Notes: generated by a model from the sequence alone, not told the origin. DNA of 38,775 nucleotides from Bdellovibrionota bacterium FG-1 (GCA_051382295.1 JBBCAW010000110.1:1-38775), one strand, 5' to 3'; positions 21,306-29,550 are shown, counted from the first letter of the stretch. Numbers and translations: made by a program.

Positions 21306-21380
21306 TGGGGCGTCGGCAAGTGGTAAGCTAGCGGATTTTGATTCCGCCATTCGAAGGTTCGAATCCTTCCGCCCCAGCCA
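21306..21380 (+). tRNA. tRNA-Gln (anticodon TTG), CCA encoded
   Basis: Acceptor TGGGGCG/CGCCCCA+GCCA. D-loop AAGTGGTAA. Anticodon stem GCGGA/TCCGC with TTG at 21338-40. T arm GAAGG-TTCGAAT-CCTTC. Confidence 0.96.
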
Positions 21381-23118
21381 ATTTTTCATCAAAGCCAACT
21401 TTTTCCGCTGGAATCAAATCAAGCGACGAGTTGGACTTCAAAACAAACCGTAACTCCCGCTTCCCATCCTTCCCCATCTCACCCACCACAATCCCATCAA
21501 ACAAACTCCGATAAGCTTTTTTCAGGGCCACTGGGTCCTGCTCCTGAATCAAATCCATGATCTTCCGGGCGTTGTCTGCCAGATCGCGCCACTTGAAATC
21601 ATCCGTCCCTACTTCTGACTTCTTTTTGTCTAATAGAGTCACAGCCGCCTCCAGGGTCTTGATCCGTTCCCGGATCCTTACCCCGGTGGCCTTGTACTCG
21701 CTCCGGTAGAGTTCGATCTCTTCCGCCGAAGCATCCTTGAGCAAGAAGTCGAGCTTCCGATCAGCAACCCGGCCTTCACCCCTCACCAACTCGATCTCTT
21801 GGAGTCGCTTCAACCTCTCGGCCTCAAGCAACGTCCCGGCATCCACCAGTTGCGAAGCCCTCTTCTGGATGGCCTCCCGGAGCCTGGGCGAGTTCTCAAG
21901 AACTTGCGCCACGGTCTGCCTGGCCTCGGCTTCGACCAAGTCCGCAGGAATACGGATGTCATTCTTTGCGTTCCGGTAATAGTTGTTCCTGTGGTTGGCT
22001 TCCTTGCCTCCATTGCCCCAGGCACCTGAACCAACGAACGTGGAGCCATCCAAATACTTCAAGAGCCCCTGAAGCAGATAGATCCGGGACAGCCTTGTGT
22101 TCTTTTCTTTGTTTCCCGCGATCTTCTTGATCGTTCGTTGGACGCTTTGCCATAACTCCAGGTCAATAACGCATCCATGAGAAAGATCCACGACCCTGTG
22201 TTGCTCGTAAGGCATAAGACGGTCTTGCCTCTTGTCTTTGAACTTTGCATTTATTTCCCACTTTCCGATGTACTTCGGATTGCCGAGCAATGTCCGAAGG
22301 GCCGCACAGGTAAATGGCTGCCCGTCCTTGTTCTTTAAACCCAGGCGATCACATTCCTCTCGCAGCCTTTGGTAGGATTCATATTTCAGAAATGTTCTCA
22401 TGATCCACTCGACGGCCTTTAGCTCATCAATATTAGGTTGGTAAAAGCCAACCTTCGCTTCGCCATTTTTTACTAGTTGGTCCAATCCAAAGAGTTTATG
22501 GGTGGCATTGAACTTTCCAGAGTTAATCATTGCAGAAAAAACGCTCTCCTTTAGTCGCTTCGAGTTGACTCTGGATTCATATTCCGCGAAAGCACTCAAA
22601 ATATCCAACTGGACCAGATGTGATGGATCGTTGGGGTTGAATGGAAACCCCCGAATTACAATCTCACAATCATGATCGATGCAAAGTTTGAAGAACCCCT
22701 TCCATATCAGGGTTTCTCGCGCAATACGTGTAAGTTCCTTAACGATAACAAACCTTCTTCGGCCCTGCTTGATGTCTCGCTGAAGGCGTTGAAACTCTGG
22801 TCGGTTATCATGAGTCCCGGTTATGCCCGGCTCAATGTAGACATCGACGATTCGGTAATTGATCTTGTTCGCGGTTGACCGCGCAATCGCCTCTGCAAAG
22901 AGAATATGGATCTGCTGTTCGAGTGAACCCTTTTCAACCGAGACTTGCTCTAGGTCCGAAAGTCGGATGTAAGCAGCGCCATCGATTGTTTCCCAGTCAG
23001 GGTTGACCGGCTTCCACTTCCGAATGTAGTCTCTCGAAATTGCTTTGCAGTCGGAAATGATCCGTTCAATGTTTGCCCTCTGCTCAGCTCGACTCAGGTC
23101 CGCTACTTTCTTCTCCAT
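21328..23118 (-). CDS. Large serine recombinase (integrase)
   Basis: YIRLS catalytic motif, 'YIEPGITG...RPEFQRL', 'KELTRIAR', 'AFAEYES..S.R', recombinase domain (LGNPKYIG), degenerate Zn-ribbon (YLLQGLL) and coiled coil. Confidence 0.9.
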   Translation of the reverse strand: MEKKVADLSRAEQRANIERIISDCKAISRDYIRKWKPVNPDWETIDGAAYIRLSDLEQVSVEKGSLEQQIHILFAEAIARSTANKINYRIVDVYIEPGITGTHDNRPEFQRLQRDIKQGRRRFVIVKELTRIARETLIWKGFFKLCIDHDCEIVIRGFPFNPNDPSHLVQLDILSAFAEYESRVNSKRLKESVFSAMINSGKFNATHKLFGLDQLVKNGEAKVGFYQPNIDELKAVEWIMRTFLKYESYQRLREECDRLGLKNKDGQPFTCAALRTLLGNPKYIGKWEINAKFKDKRQDRLMPYEQHRVVDLSHGCVIDLELWQSVQRTIKKIAGNKEKNTRLSRIYLLQGLLKYLDGSTFVGSGAWGNGGKEANHRNNYYRNAKNDIRIPADLVEAEARQTVAQVLENSPRLREAIQKRASQLVDAGTLLEAERLKRLQEIELVRGEGRVADRKLDFLLKDASAEEIELYRSEYKATGVRIRERIKTLEAAVTLLDKKKSEVGTDDFKWRDLADNARKIMDLIQEQDPVALKKAYRSLFDGIVVGEMGKDGKRELRFVLKSNSSLDLIPAEKVGFDEKLAGAEGFEPSNGGIKIR

Positions 23119-23614
23119 AAAACAAGTCCTCTAATATCGGAGCCAGGTAACCGGCCACCTCATCAACGTCCATTCCGTGAATAGATCCTTCTAATCGGAC
23201 GTTGAAGGCAATGCACCGCTTGCGGAGTCGGATAGCCTTGGCGTATCGCTTTGCTTTTCGATTGCTCACACAGGCTTTGCAGTTGGCGTCTCTGCCATCA
23301 GGCTTCGTTCGATTCCTGTCGAATTTGGCTAACGGTTTGGATCTTCCGCAACACTTACATGACTTTTCGACTTCAGAAGCCTTCGGGCAATCAGGCCGTA
23401 TAAACGACTTCTGATCGGTGAGCAACGTCCATGAAGGATCGGACTGTCCAAATAAAGCACAATCGGGGCTGATGGTGTCGATGCAGCAAGGCTGATGGGT
23501 ATCCCAGTCGATGGCCTCGGCCTCATTCCACGGAAGGTTAACGGAAACACACCCGGCGCCTATAACCAGCGCAACGATCGAACCAATCCCTATCCGCCTC
23601 CCGATTTCATTCAT
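23084..23614 (-). CDS. Hypothetical protein with C4 zinc finger; overlaps the integrase start (start uncertain)
   Basis: CKCCGRSKPLAKF...DGRDANCKAC followed by a basic helix. Confidence 0.5.
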   Translation of the reverse strand: MNEIGRRIGIGSIVALVIGAGCVSVNLPWNEAEAIDWDTHQPCCIDTISPDCALFGQSDPSWTLLTDQKSFIRPDCPKASEVEKSCKCCGRSKPLAKFDRNRTKPDGRDANCKACVSNRKAKRYAKAIRLRKRCIAFNVRLEGSIHGMDVDEVAGYLAPILEDLFYGEESSGPESS

Positions 23615-23626
23615 ACCTGCTCCATA

Positions 23627-23730
23627 GACTGGAAGAATTCCCCCAGTCGAACGAGTCGTAAGGAAAAATAATGGACGACTCGCAGATAGGGGGGCCTTCC
23701 TATTGAGTCAATTTGGCAAGAATTCTTGCC
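23627..23730. promoter_or_regulatory. Divergent control region with several inverted repeats, including the perfect 16-bp palindrome GGCAAGAATTCTTGCC
   Basis: Palindrome at 23715-23730, CGAGTCGT/ACGACTCG at 23652-59/23675-82, ATTGA-G-TCAAT at 23702-12, GACTGG/CCAGTC at 23627-32/23643-48. Confidence 0.5.
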
Positions 23731-23755
23731 TGTAACGTGATAGTTCGCACGAAAT

Positions 23756-24874
23756 ATGGAAACTTCTGGCCAGGTTGGAGACCTATTTTTGGCGCTTCAT
23801 CGACTAACGAGTCGCGGGGTCCAGTCCCCTTATGGGTCATTGCGTTATTTTGCCGGTAGGCAGGCGTTAAAAGATGGGACGAACTCGAAACACCTAGCTA
23901 GGAGCAAGATCGAGGATGCTGCTTTGGAAAATTTTGTAAAGATTGTCGCCGAGCGATGGAGGAACAGAAGGATCATAAAAGACCCAGGAAAACGGGCGGG
24001 TAAAACAAAGCTCACCAAAAAAGACATGGAGCCCGAAGGTCTTGAAGACGCTCTTCCGGGAATCTGCGTAAGGCTAAGGGACCTTCAAAATCGGCTTAAC
24101 GAACAAAATCCGGTACGGCCCCTTTTTGTCGGTCCGAATGGCTCAGCGATGGATCGTCTTCGATACATGGCTCCAGAACCTGGAATTGTAATTTTTTATC
24201 TGCTCGCTCTAAGTTGTGTTGAATACGACATTGACGGAATAATCACCGCCCTAAAGTTGGTTTCAAAAAGTGTGAAATCGAACGCGAGAGGGCAACTTGA
24301 TTTTGAGCGTCATTTTTGCCCTTTATATAAATGGTTGGATGCCATGAGTGATTCCACGACGTTTCGTTTGGGTCGTTTCAATAAATCAGGAGAGAGAGAA
24401 GACCCCGCCCTTGCCTTTAGAGTTTTCATTCAGGCCATGACTGGCACAGAACGACGGCGCAGATCAGTGAAGGCAAGGCGGTCACGCAAAAAGGAACGAA
24501 CAGCGAACTGCACTGAGCATTCATGGATAGCGGATCAAATTCCTGAAGTGCTTTCCAAAGCAAAACTGGGGCAGTCGCGCACTGACTTATACCGATCTTG
24601 GTCAATCAAGTTGATGCAGGATCTGCTAATTGAGGCCGGAGAAACAGAGGAGACTGCTACGGAGGAACTCACCTGCCTGTTCAGTGACCTTAAAGGAAAA
24701 ACTATTCGATTCAACGGAGTTGTTAAGCCACAAGACCCAATTCATAGAGTAGCTCTTCCTGATCCAGAGTACGCACTGAATCGGCTTCGGCGACTTCATA
24801 CTCTTGCTTGTTATAGGGAATATATTACTCCGCCAGTCGTCCCGAAGAAAACTAAACGACTCGTTTCAGGCTAG
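23756..24874 (+). CDS. Hypothetical protein (basic, 372 aa)
   Basis: Long ORF with no recognisable family motif. Confidence 0.6.
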   Translation: METSGQVGDLFLALHRLTSRGVQSPYGSLRYFAGRQALKDGTNSKHLARSKIEDAALENFVKIVAERWRNRRIIKDPGKRAGKTKLTKKDMEPEGLEDALPGICVRLRDLQNRLNEQNPVRPLFVGPNGSAMDRLRYMAPEPGIVIFYLLALSCVEYDIDGIITALKLVSKSVKSNARGQLDFERHFCPLYKWLDAMSDSTTFRLGRFNKSGEREDPALAFRVFIQAMTGTERRRRSVKARRSRKKERTANCTEHSWIADQIPEVLSKAKLGQSRTDLYRSWSIKLMQDLLIEAGETEETATEELTCLFSDLKGKTIRFNGVVKPQDPIHRVALPDPEYALNRLRRLHTLACYREYITPPVVPKKTKRLVSG

Positions 24875-24917
24875 AAGTATTCCTGCCGTAAGGTTCCTCG
24901 CAGAAAGCTGAGGAATT

Positions 24918-25193
24918 ATGAAACCAAATGAAAAGCTATGGCTTGCAATTGAGTCAGTTGGACTCAAAAAACAGAAAGTCGCCCAAGAACTTGGGGTATC
25001 CCCTAAGACAGTATCTCATTTTATTCACGGCATCGCCCAGCCGACTCAAGACCAAAAGTGGATTCCGTCCAGGCTTTTGCGGGTAGCCGCGAACGAGCTT
25101 TTTTCAGATTGGACCGAAGCCCCTTTGGGCGTCGAAACTGCTTCACTTAGTGGGTCAGGACTCCGTCGTGGCCATTGCGGTGAAGAGTTGTAG
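24918..25193 (+). CDS. Cro/XRE-type helix-turn-helix protein
   Basis: GLKKQKVAQELGVSPKTVSHFIHG...P. SD GAGG upstream. Confidence 0.75.
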   Translation: MKPNEKLWLAIESVGLKKQKVAQELGVSPKTVSHFIHGIAQPTQDQKWIPSRLLRVAANELFSDWTEAPLGVETASLSGSGLRRGHCGEEL

Positions 25194-25288
25194 GCTCGCT
25201 CCACGGTGAGGCAGCTTTTTCAACGAGACGAGGCCGCTTGCTACGCCCTCGTCTCAAAATTCATTCAACTATCCAACATGAAAGTTAA

Positions 25289-26620
25289 GTGACTATGCAA
25301 GAATATAAACATAGACCGACTTTAATTAAAAGTGGGAACGATGGTCTCCATACCTTTGGATGTAATCTTTCTGTAAATTTCCCACACACAACACCACCCC
25401 CACTCACCTGGGATACCCATCACTCCGTGGATGTGTCCCCGTCTGCCGTCTTCGCTTCCATGCCTGAAGGGCAGCAGCCGGAGCGTAGCGACGGAAGTGT
25501 GTGTGTGCGGAGCGGTAGCGGAGCACCTAGACTCTGCCACCCGGCCCTGGATCATGTCACGATCGAGGTTCACTATCGCCTCCAGTATTCAAATCCGAAT
25601 CCACAGACGCGAACTGCCGCATATTCGGAACGGGAGTTAGCTCGAACAAAAGAAAATATAAAGAAGATGTTTCCGCGCCTGATTCGGGAAAGTGAGTCAA
25701 ACCTCCGCAAGCGATATCCAAAGGAAGGAACCCCCATTACTGAGGGGCTACTTGTTTATCCTTCTAGCCCGAATTCGATGTTCGTTAAACATGTCATCAA
25801 GATTTCAGCACTCAAGTCTTGGAGACGGAAATCTTCAAAAGAGTACAAGGAAGTTGATCTCCAAGGTGAGGATAACTTCATTCCGTTTGAGACGCAGTCC
25901 GAACGCATCATGGGGGATCAGTCTTCAGAGCTGGGGGCGATTATCGACTCGATGAAGGCCGCCTTGCTTGGGCATTTCCAGGATAGGATTGCGCTAACGA
26001 GAAAGCGCCTGATGAGATACGAGATTGCCTTCGATTTTCCGTATGAAGGTCAGGAGCAGCTTCGCGCCATTCAGGAGGTCATTCGTTCTCATGCTATCAA
26101 AGGTAGCTTCAGAGAGACGCAAGACAACGGGTTTAAGGGTTTTACCGGAACTCTTGGCGATGGGGAGGAGATTACTATTTATACCAAAGGCAAAGACAGG
26201 CTTAGATTGGAGCTGAGGGTGCGCAGCTCCAGTACCAATAAGAAGAACAAGGTCAGAACTGATTTTACTGAACGTAGTCTGCTCTCGGTTATCAAGGACG
26301 TAGTGGAAGAACGCCAAGGCTTAATTTCTCGGTGCATCAGCGTGAGGCCGGATTCCAAAATACCTACCAGCAATACGGTGTCATTCGAGGCCTTGATGAA
26401 TGCGTTGAGATCTATTGTCAGTACAAAATGTGCGGTCGATGTAACAGAGTTGTATCTGGCCACTGGCCAGGTTCACTTCCGTGACAAAACGCCTATGCGA
26501 AAGTATGCGTCTGAGAAAGCGAAGTTGGATCGGGCTGGAGTTTTGATTCGCGTGGCTCGCGGCCAATACGGACTGGATCTCGAAAAGCTTTTTAATCAAA
26601 CGAAAGGACTCCTGACATGA
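25289..26620 (+). CDS. Putative Rep_trans-like rolling-circle replication initiator/relaxase (start uncertain)
   Basis: LDHVTI, RYEIAFDF (cf. RxDxAxD), IYTKG (cf. YxK catalytic Tyr) and RLELR (cf. RxE) occur in the Rep_trans order. Confidence 0.55.
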   Translation: MTMQEYKHRPTLIKSGNDGLHTFGCNLSVNFPHTTPPPLTWDTHHSVDVSPSAVFASMPEGQQPERSDGSVCVRSGSGAPRLCHPALDHVTIEVHYRLQYSNPNPQTRTAAYSERELARTKENIKKMFPRLIRESESNLRKRYPKEGTPITEGLLVYPSSPNSMFVKHVIKISALKSWRRKSSKEYKEVDLQGEDNFIPFETQSERIMGDQSSELGAIIDSMKAALLGHFQDRIALTRKRLMRYEIAFDFPYEGQEQLRAIQEVIRSHAIKGSFRETQDNGFKGFTGTLGDGEEITIYTKGKDRLRLELRVRSSSTNKKNKVRTDFTERSLLSVIKDVVEERQGLISRCISVRPDSKIPTSNTVSFEALMNALRSIVSTKCAVDVTELYLATGQVHFRDKTPMRKYASEKAKLDRAGVLIRVARGQYGLDLEKLFNQTKGLLT

Positions 26621-27246
26621 ACCCAAAAGATAGAGCGGAAGTTGAAGCACTCTACCAACATTTTTGCCTCGAAACTCAGCGTCTGGGGTTTCCGGGGAGC
26701 TTTGCGACAAGGCCACGGTCCTATCAGTACGAGCAGAGTCGGGACATAATTCGGCATCTGGGATTGGACCGGGCCAAAGCGGTCATCACCTTTGCGATTC
26801 AGCACTGGGTCGAATATCGAGACGAAAGTCGTTTTTGGGAGCGTCTTCATGTCTACCCAAATTTCAATCAAATGCTGCCGGAGTGGCATTACTCTAAATG
26901 GTTGAGTAATATGATGGAAGAGGACTTGCTTGAATCCGAGTTTGGAAAAAATCGGGATGAGACCACCTATGGCCTATCCAAAGAAGCTTTGCACCAAGCT
27001 GTTTTGTTATTTTATGTCTCCACGAATGAGGAGTTGGTGGCCTCTGGGCTAGAGCCCTTTCCGACGCTAATTGATAGGAAGGACTACAGGATCATAGAGG
27101 CCGCTCTGCTCGGACATGGAGTCGAGGCCGCGAAAAAGAAAATGAAGGGTCATGTCGCGGTGCTTGGGCGGGATAAGCACAATCCAAAAAGTGAGTTCCG
27201 TAACTCACCCTGCCAGTTTGAATTTCTTTTGTTGGGAATGGATTAG
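26617..27246 (+). CDS. Hypothetical protein, translationally coupled to the Rep-like gene
   Basis: ATGA overlap at 26617-26620. Confidence 0.6.
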   Translation: MNPKDRAEVEALYQHFCLETQRLGFPGSFATRPRSYQYEQSRDIIRHLGLDRAKAVITFAIQHWVEYRDESRFWERLHVYPNFNQMLPEWHYSKWLSNMMEEDLLESEFGKNRDETTYGLSKEALHQAVLLFYVSTNEELVASGLEPFPTLIDRKDYRIIEAALLGHGVEAAKKKMKGHVAVLGRDKHNPKSEFRNSPCQFEFLLLGMD

Positions 27247-27453
27247 GCAGCAGTGATGGGGTGAAAAGAGGGAGCCAATATCGACGGACTTATTCGCAGG
27301 GGTTACCGCACAAATGCGGTAAGGTCGTTGATCGATATTGGCTTCTCATATATGGTAATGGACGTAGTTCTCGTTTTTTTGTTGACCCTCGTTGAGAAAT
27401 AACCGGAAGGCAGAAGGGAGCCTTCCTTTGTTGAATTTTTAAGAGGGGGCAGC

Positions 27454-28692
27454 ATGCCTACTGTTTCTACCAGTCAGTTTATTTTGCGTGAGATCGATAT
27501 CCCAAGTTCAGTGGATCTCCAGATTGATCCACTTGCGGTGCGTTATCCTTTTTCGGAAGAACGGGTAAAGGCCCTGGCTGACGATATCCGAAAGAATGGC
27601 CTGATCCAGCCGGTTGTTGTACGCGAGGGAAAGGTCATCGCAGGCAGGCATCGGCTGAAGGCATGTTTGTTGGCCGGGGTGCCGCCGAGGTTCCTGGAGC
27701 TTGTTGGTGACTGCTCCGTTGAAGCCTGGGTGCTGGGTGACAATTCGGTGCGGCGGCATGAATCGGCATCCCAAAGGGCTTGTGGTGCGGTTTCCTGGCT
27801 CCCATACTTTGAGAACGAAGCAAGGAACCGGCGAGAGGCCGGGAAGCCTGTCCTTGGAACTCTGGGAGGCGCAGCGGCCTTAAAAGCAGGTAATGTTTTC
27901 GGGGTAGGTCAAAGGTATGTTGAGGCTGCCAAACAGCTCCATGATGCAGACCAAGAGGCCTTCCTAAAAGTGTTTTCTGGTGAGCTGACACTTTCGGCGG
28001 CGGGAGCGAGGCTGAAGAAGAGGAAGGGATGTACGAAGTTGGCCGGGGACTGGAAGTCGGCTTCATTCGAGTACATTGATCGCGAACCGGCAGAGTTTTT
28101 GAAAACGGGTGAGCAAAAGTTCGACTTGTTGATTGCTCGCCTGAGCACCGAACTTCTTGCGAAGTACCCATTGGCCGATTGGGTTGGACACCTTGCTCAG
28201 GTAGCCCCGACTGGACACGCGATCTTGGTAATGGATTTTTCAGTGGCCTGCCAAGTGAGGTTTGAGCTGGATCGTCTCGGAATGCTGGCAGGAGTTCAAT
28301 TTCTGATTAGTTTTAACCCGGTGATCGATCAGTCTAATGGCGTCGTTCGTGCTGAGAAGCCAGGGGACAAGATCTTTTACCGTCGTGATCATGTTGAGAA
28401 CTTTTTTGTCCTCTGCCACATTCGTTTAAGCAAAGACTCGAAGTTTCTTCGGTTCACGAAGACCTCTGAACTTGGGGCCGTTATTGATTTGGGCCACGGA
28501 GCTGGATCAGTCTCAATGCGTCTCGCCTCAGTTTGGATTGAGCGAACTTGCGCATCCACAGTCTTGGACTTGTTTCCCGACTCCGAGGCATCGTTCGCCC
28601 GGTCGGCTGCGGTTCTGGGGCGGAAGGGATACGCCCTTGGCCGAGAGCCGGAGGCCAGTCTGATGGATCGCACTCGGACTTTGGCGGGATAG
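27454..28692 (+). CDS. ParB N-terminal domain fused to a degenerate N6/N4 DNA methyltransferase-like domain
   Basis: LADDIRKNGLIQPVVV...IAGRHRLKAC (ParB/Srx) and N..RRH..SQRA. C-terminal FDLLIA and VLDLFPDS...SAAVLGR resemble MTase motifs. Confidence 0.65.
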   Translation: MPTVSTSQFILREIDIPSSVDLQIDPLAVRYPFSEERVKALADDIRKNGLIQPVVVREGKVIAGRHRLKACLLAGVPPRFLELVGDCSVEAWVLGDNSVRRHESASQRACGAVSWLPYFENEARNRREAGKPVLGTLGGAAALKAGNVFGVGQRYVEAAKQLHDADQEAFLKVFSGELTLSAAGARLKKRKGCTKLAGDWKSASFEYIDREPAEFLKTGEQKFDLLIARLSTELLAKYPLADWVGHLAQVAPTGHAILVMDFSVACQVRFELDRLGMLAGVQFLISFNPVIDQSNGVVRAEKPGDKIFYRRDHVENFFVLCHIRLSKDSKFLRFTKTSELGAVIDLGHGAGSVSMRLASVWIERTCASTVLDLFPDSEASFARSAAVLGRKGYALGREPEASLMDRTRTLAG

Positions 28693-28755
28693 ATCGGCAT
28701 CTTACGATAGGTGTTTGGCTGATTCCCGGAGTGATGCCAGCACTCTTGGATCAGT

Positions 28756-29550
28756 TTGACCAGGTATGAGGAACTAATCCCAACTTCCGACGGATTTTTG
28801 AGGTGTGTTATGGCGCTGTCACAAATGAATGCCTGGGAACAAGAGGTCGGGGACGCACTCAAGCGAGCGGAGCAAATCCGGGCACCTGCCTCGGTTCAAA
28901 ATTACGGGGTCGAGAAGATCAAAAGGCTCCGTTGTTTCGAGTGGGTCAAGTCCGAAATTTTGGCAGGAACTCCGGCCCGGCAGGTTGCGGCGGAGATTCA
29001 GGCCAAGGGGGAATTGATCGATTTGAAGCCTGAGACCGTTAGGCGTTATCTGGAGTCATATCGGTCCAGCTTGTCGCCTCTACAGAGGATCGCCAACCTC
29101 GGCAGTCCTGATCAACTTGCCGATCTTCGGGGTCGTGTGGTCAAAACTCTCGATGTGATCGGGGAGCTTGAATCTCTTTTCCGCATGATGAAGGGACGAC
29201 TTGAAAAGGTTGTGAGCACGGAGGAGTCCTTGGGGTTTCTCTTGGAGGGGGCTCACAAGGAATTTCAGACTGCGCTGGACATTTTGTCACGGATTCACGA
29301 ACTGAAGGGGCGGCCAGAAGTGTGGCAGAAGGAAGAGGAGCCTTCGCCGCCTTTGGTGGAACAGATTGACTGGAGCCTGGTTTACGACGCGCCGAATGTA
29401 AATGCGGTGTTAAAAAGTGCGGACTCGCGTGCCCGGATCTTACGGTTCGTCGAGACTGTCTGTGGTGTTTTTGGTCCAATGACAGCGGAAAAGCAGGAGC
29501 GGATTCTTGAAGTTGCCCGGCGCAGGACTGCCTCACCGCAGCAAAAATAG
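28756..29550 (+). CDS. Hypothetical helical protein with an HTH-like segment (start uncertain)
   Basis: ILAGTPARQVAAEIQAKG...KPETVRRYL followed by helical/coiled segments. Confidence 0.5.
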   Translation: MTRYEELIPTSDGFLRCVMALSQMNAWEQEVGDALKRAEQIRAPASVQNYGVEKIKRLRCFEWVKSEILAGTPARQVAAEIQAKGELIDLKPETVRRYLESYRSSLSPLQRIANLGSPDQLADLRGRVVKTLDVIGELESLFRMMKGRLEKVVSTEESLGFLLEGAHKEFQTALDILSRIHELKGRPEVWQKEEEPSPPLVEQIDWSLVYDAPNVNAVLKSADSRARILRFVETVCGVFGPMTAEKQERILEVARRRTASPQQK

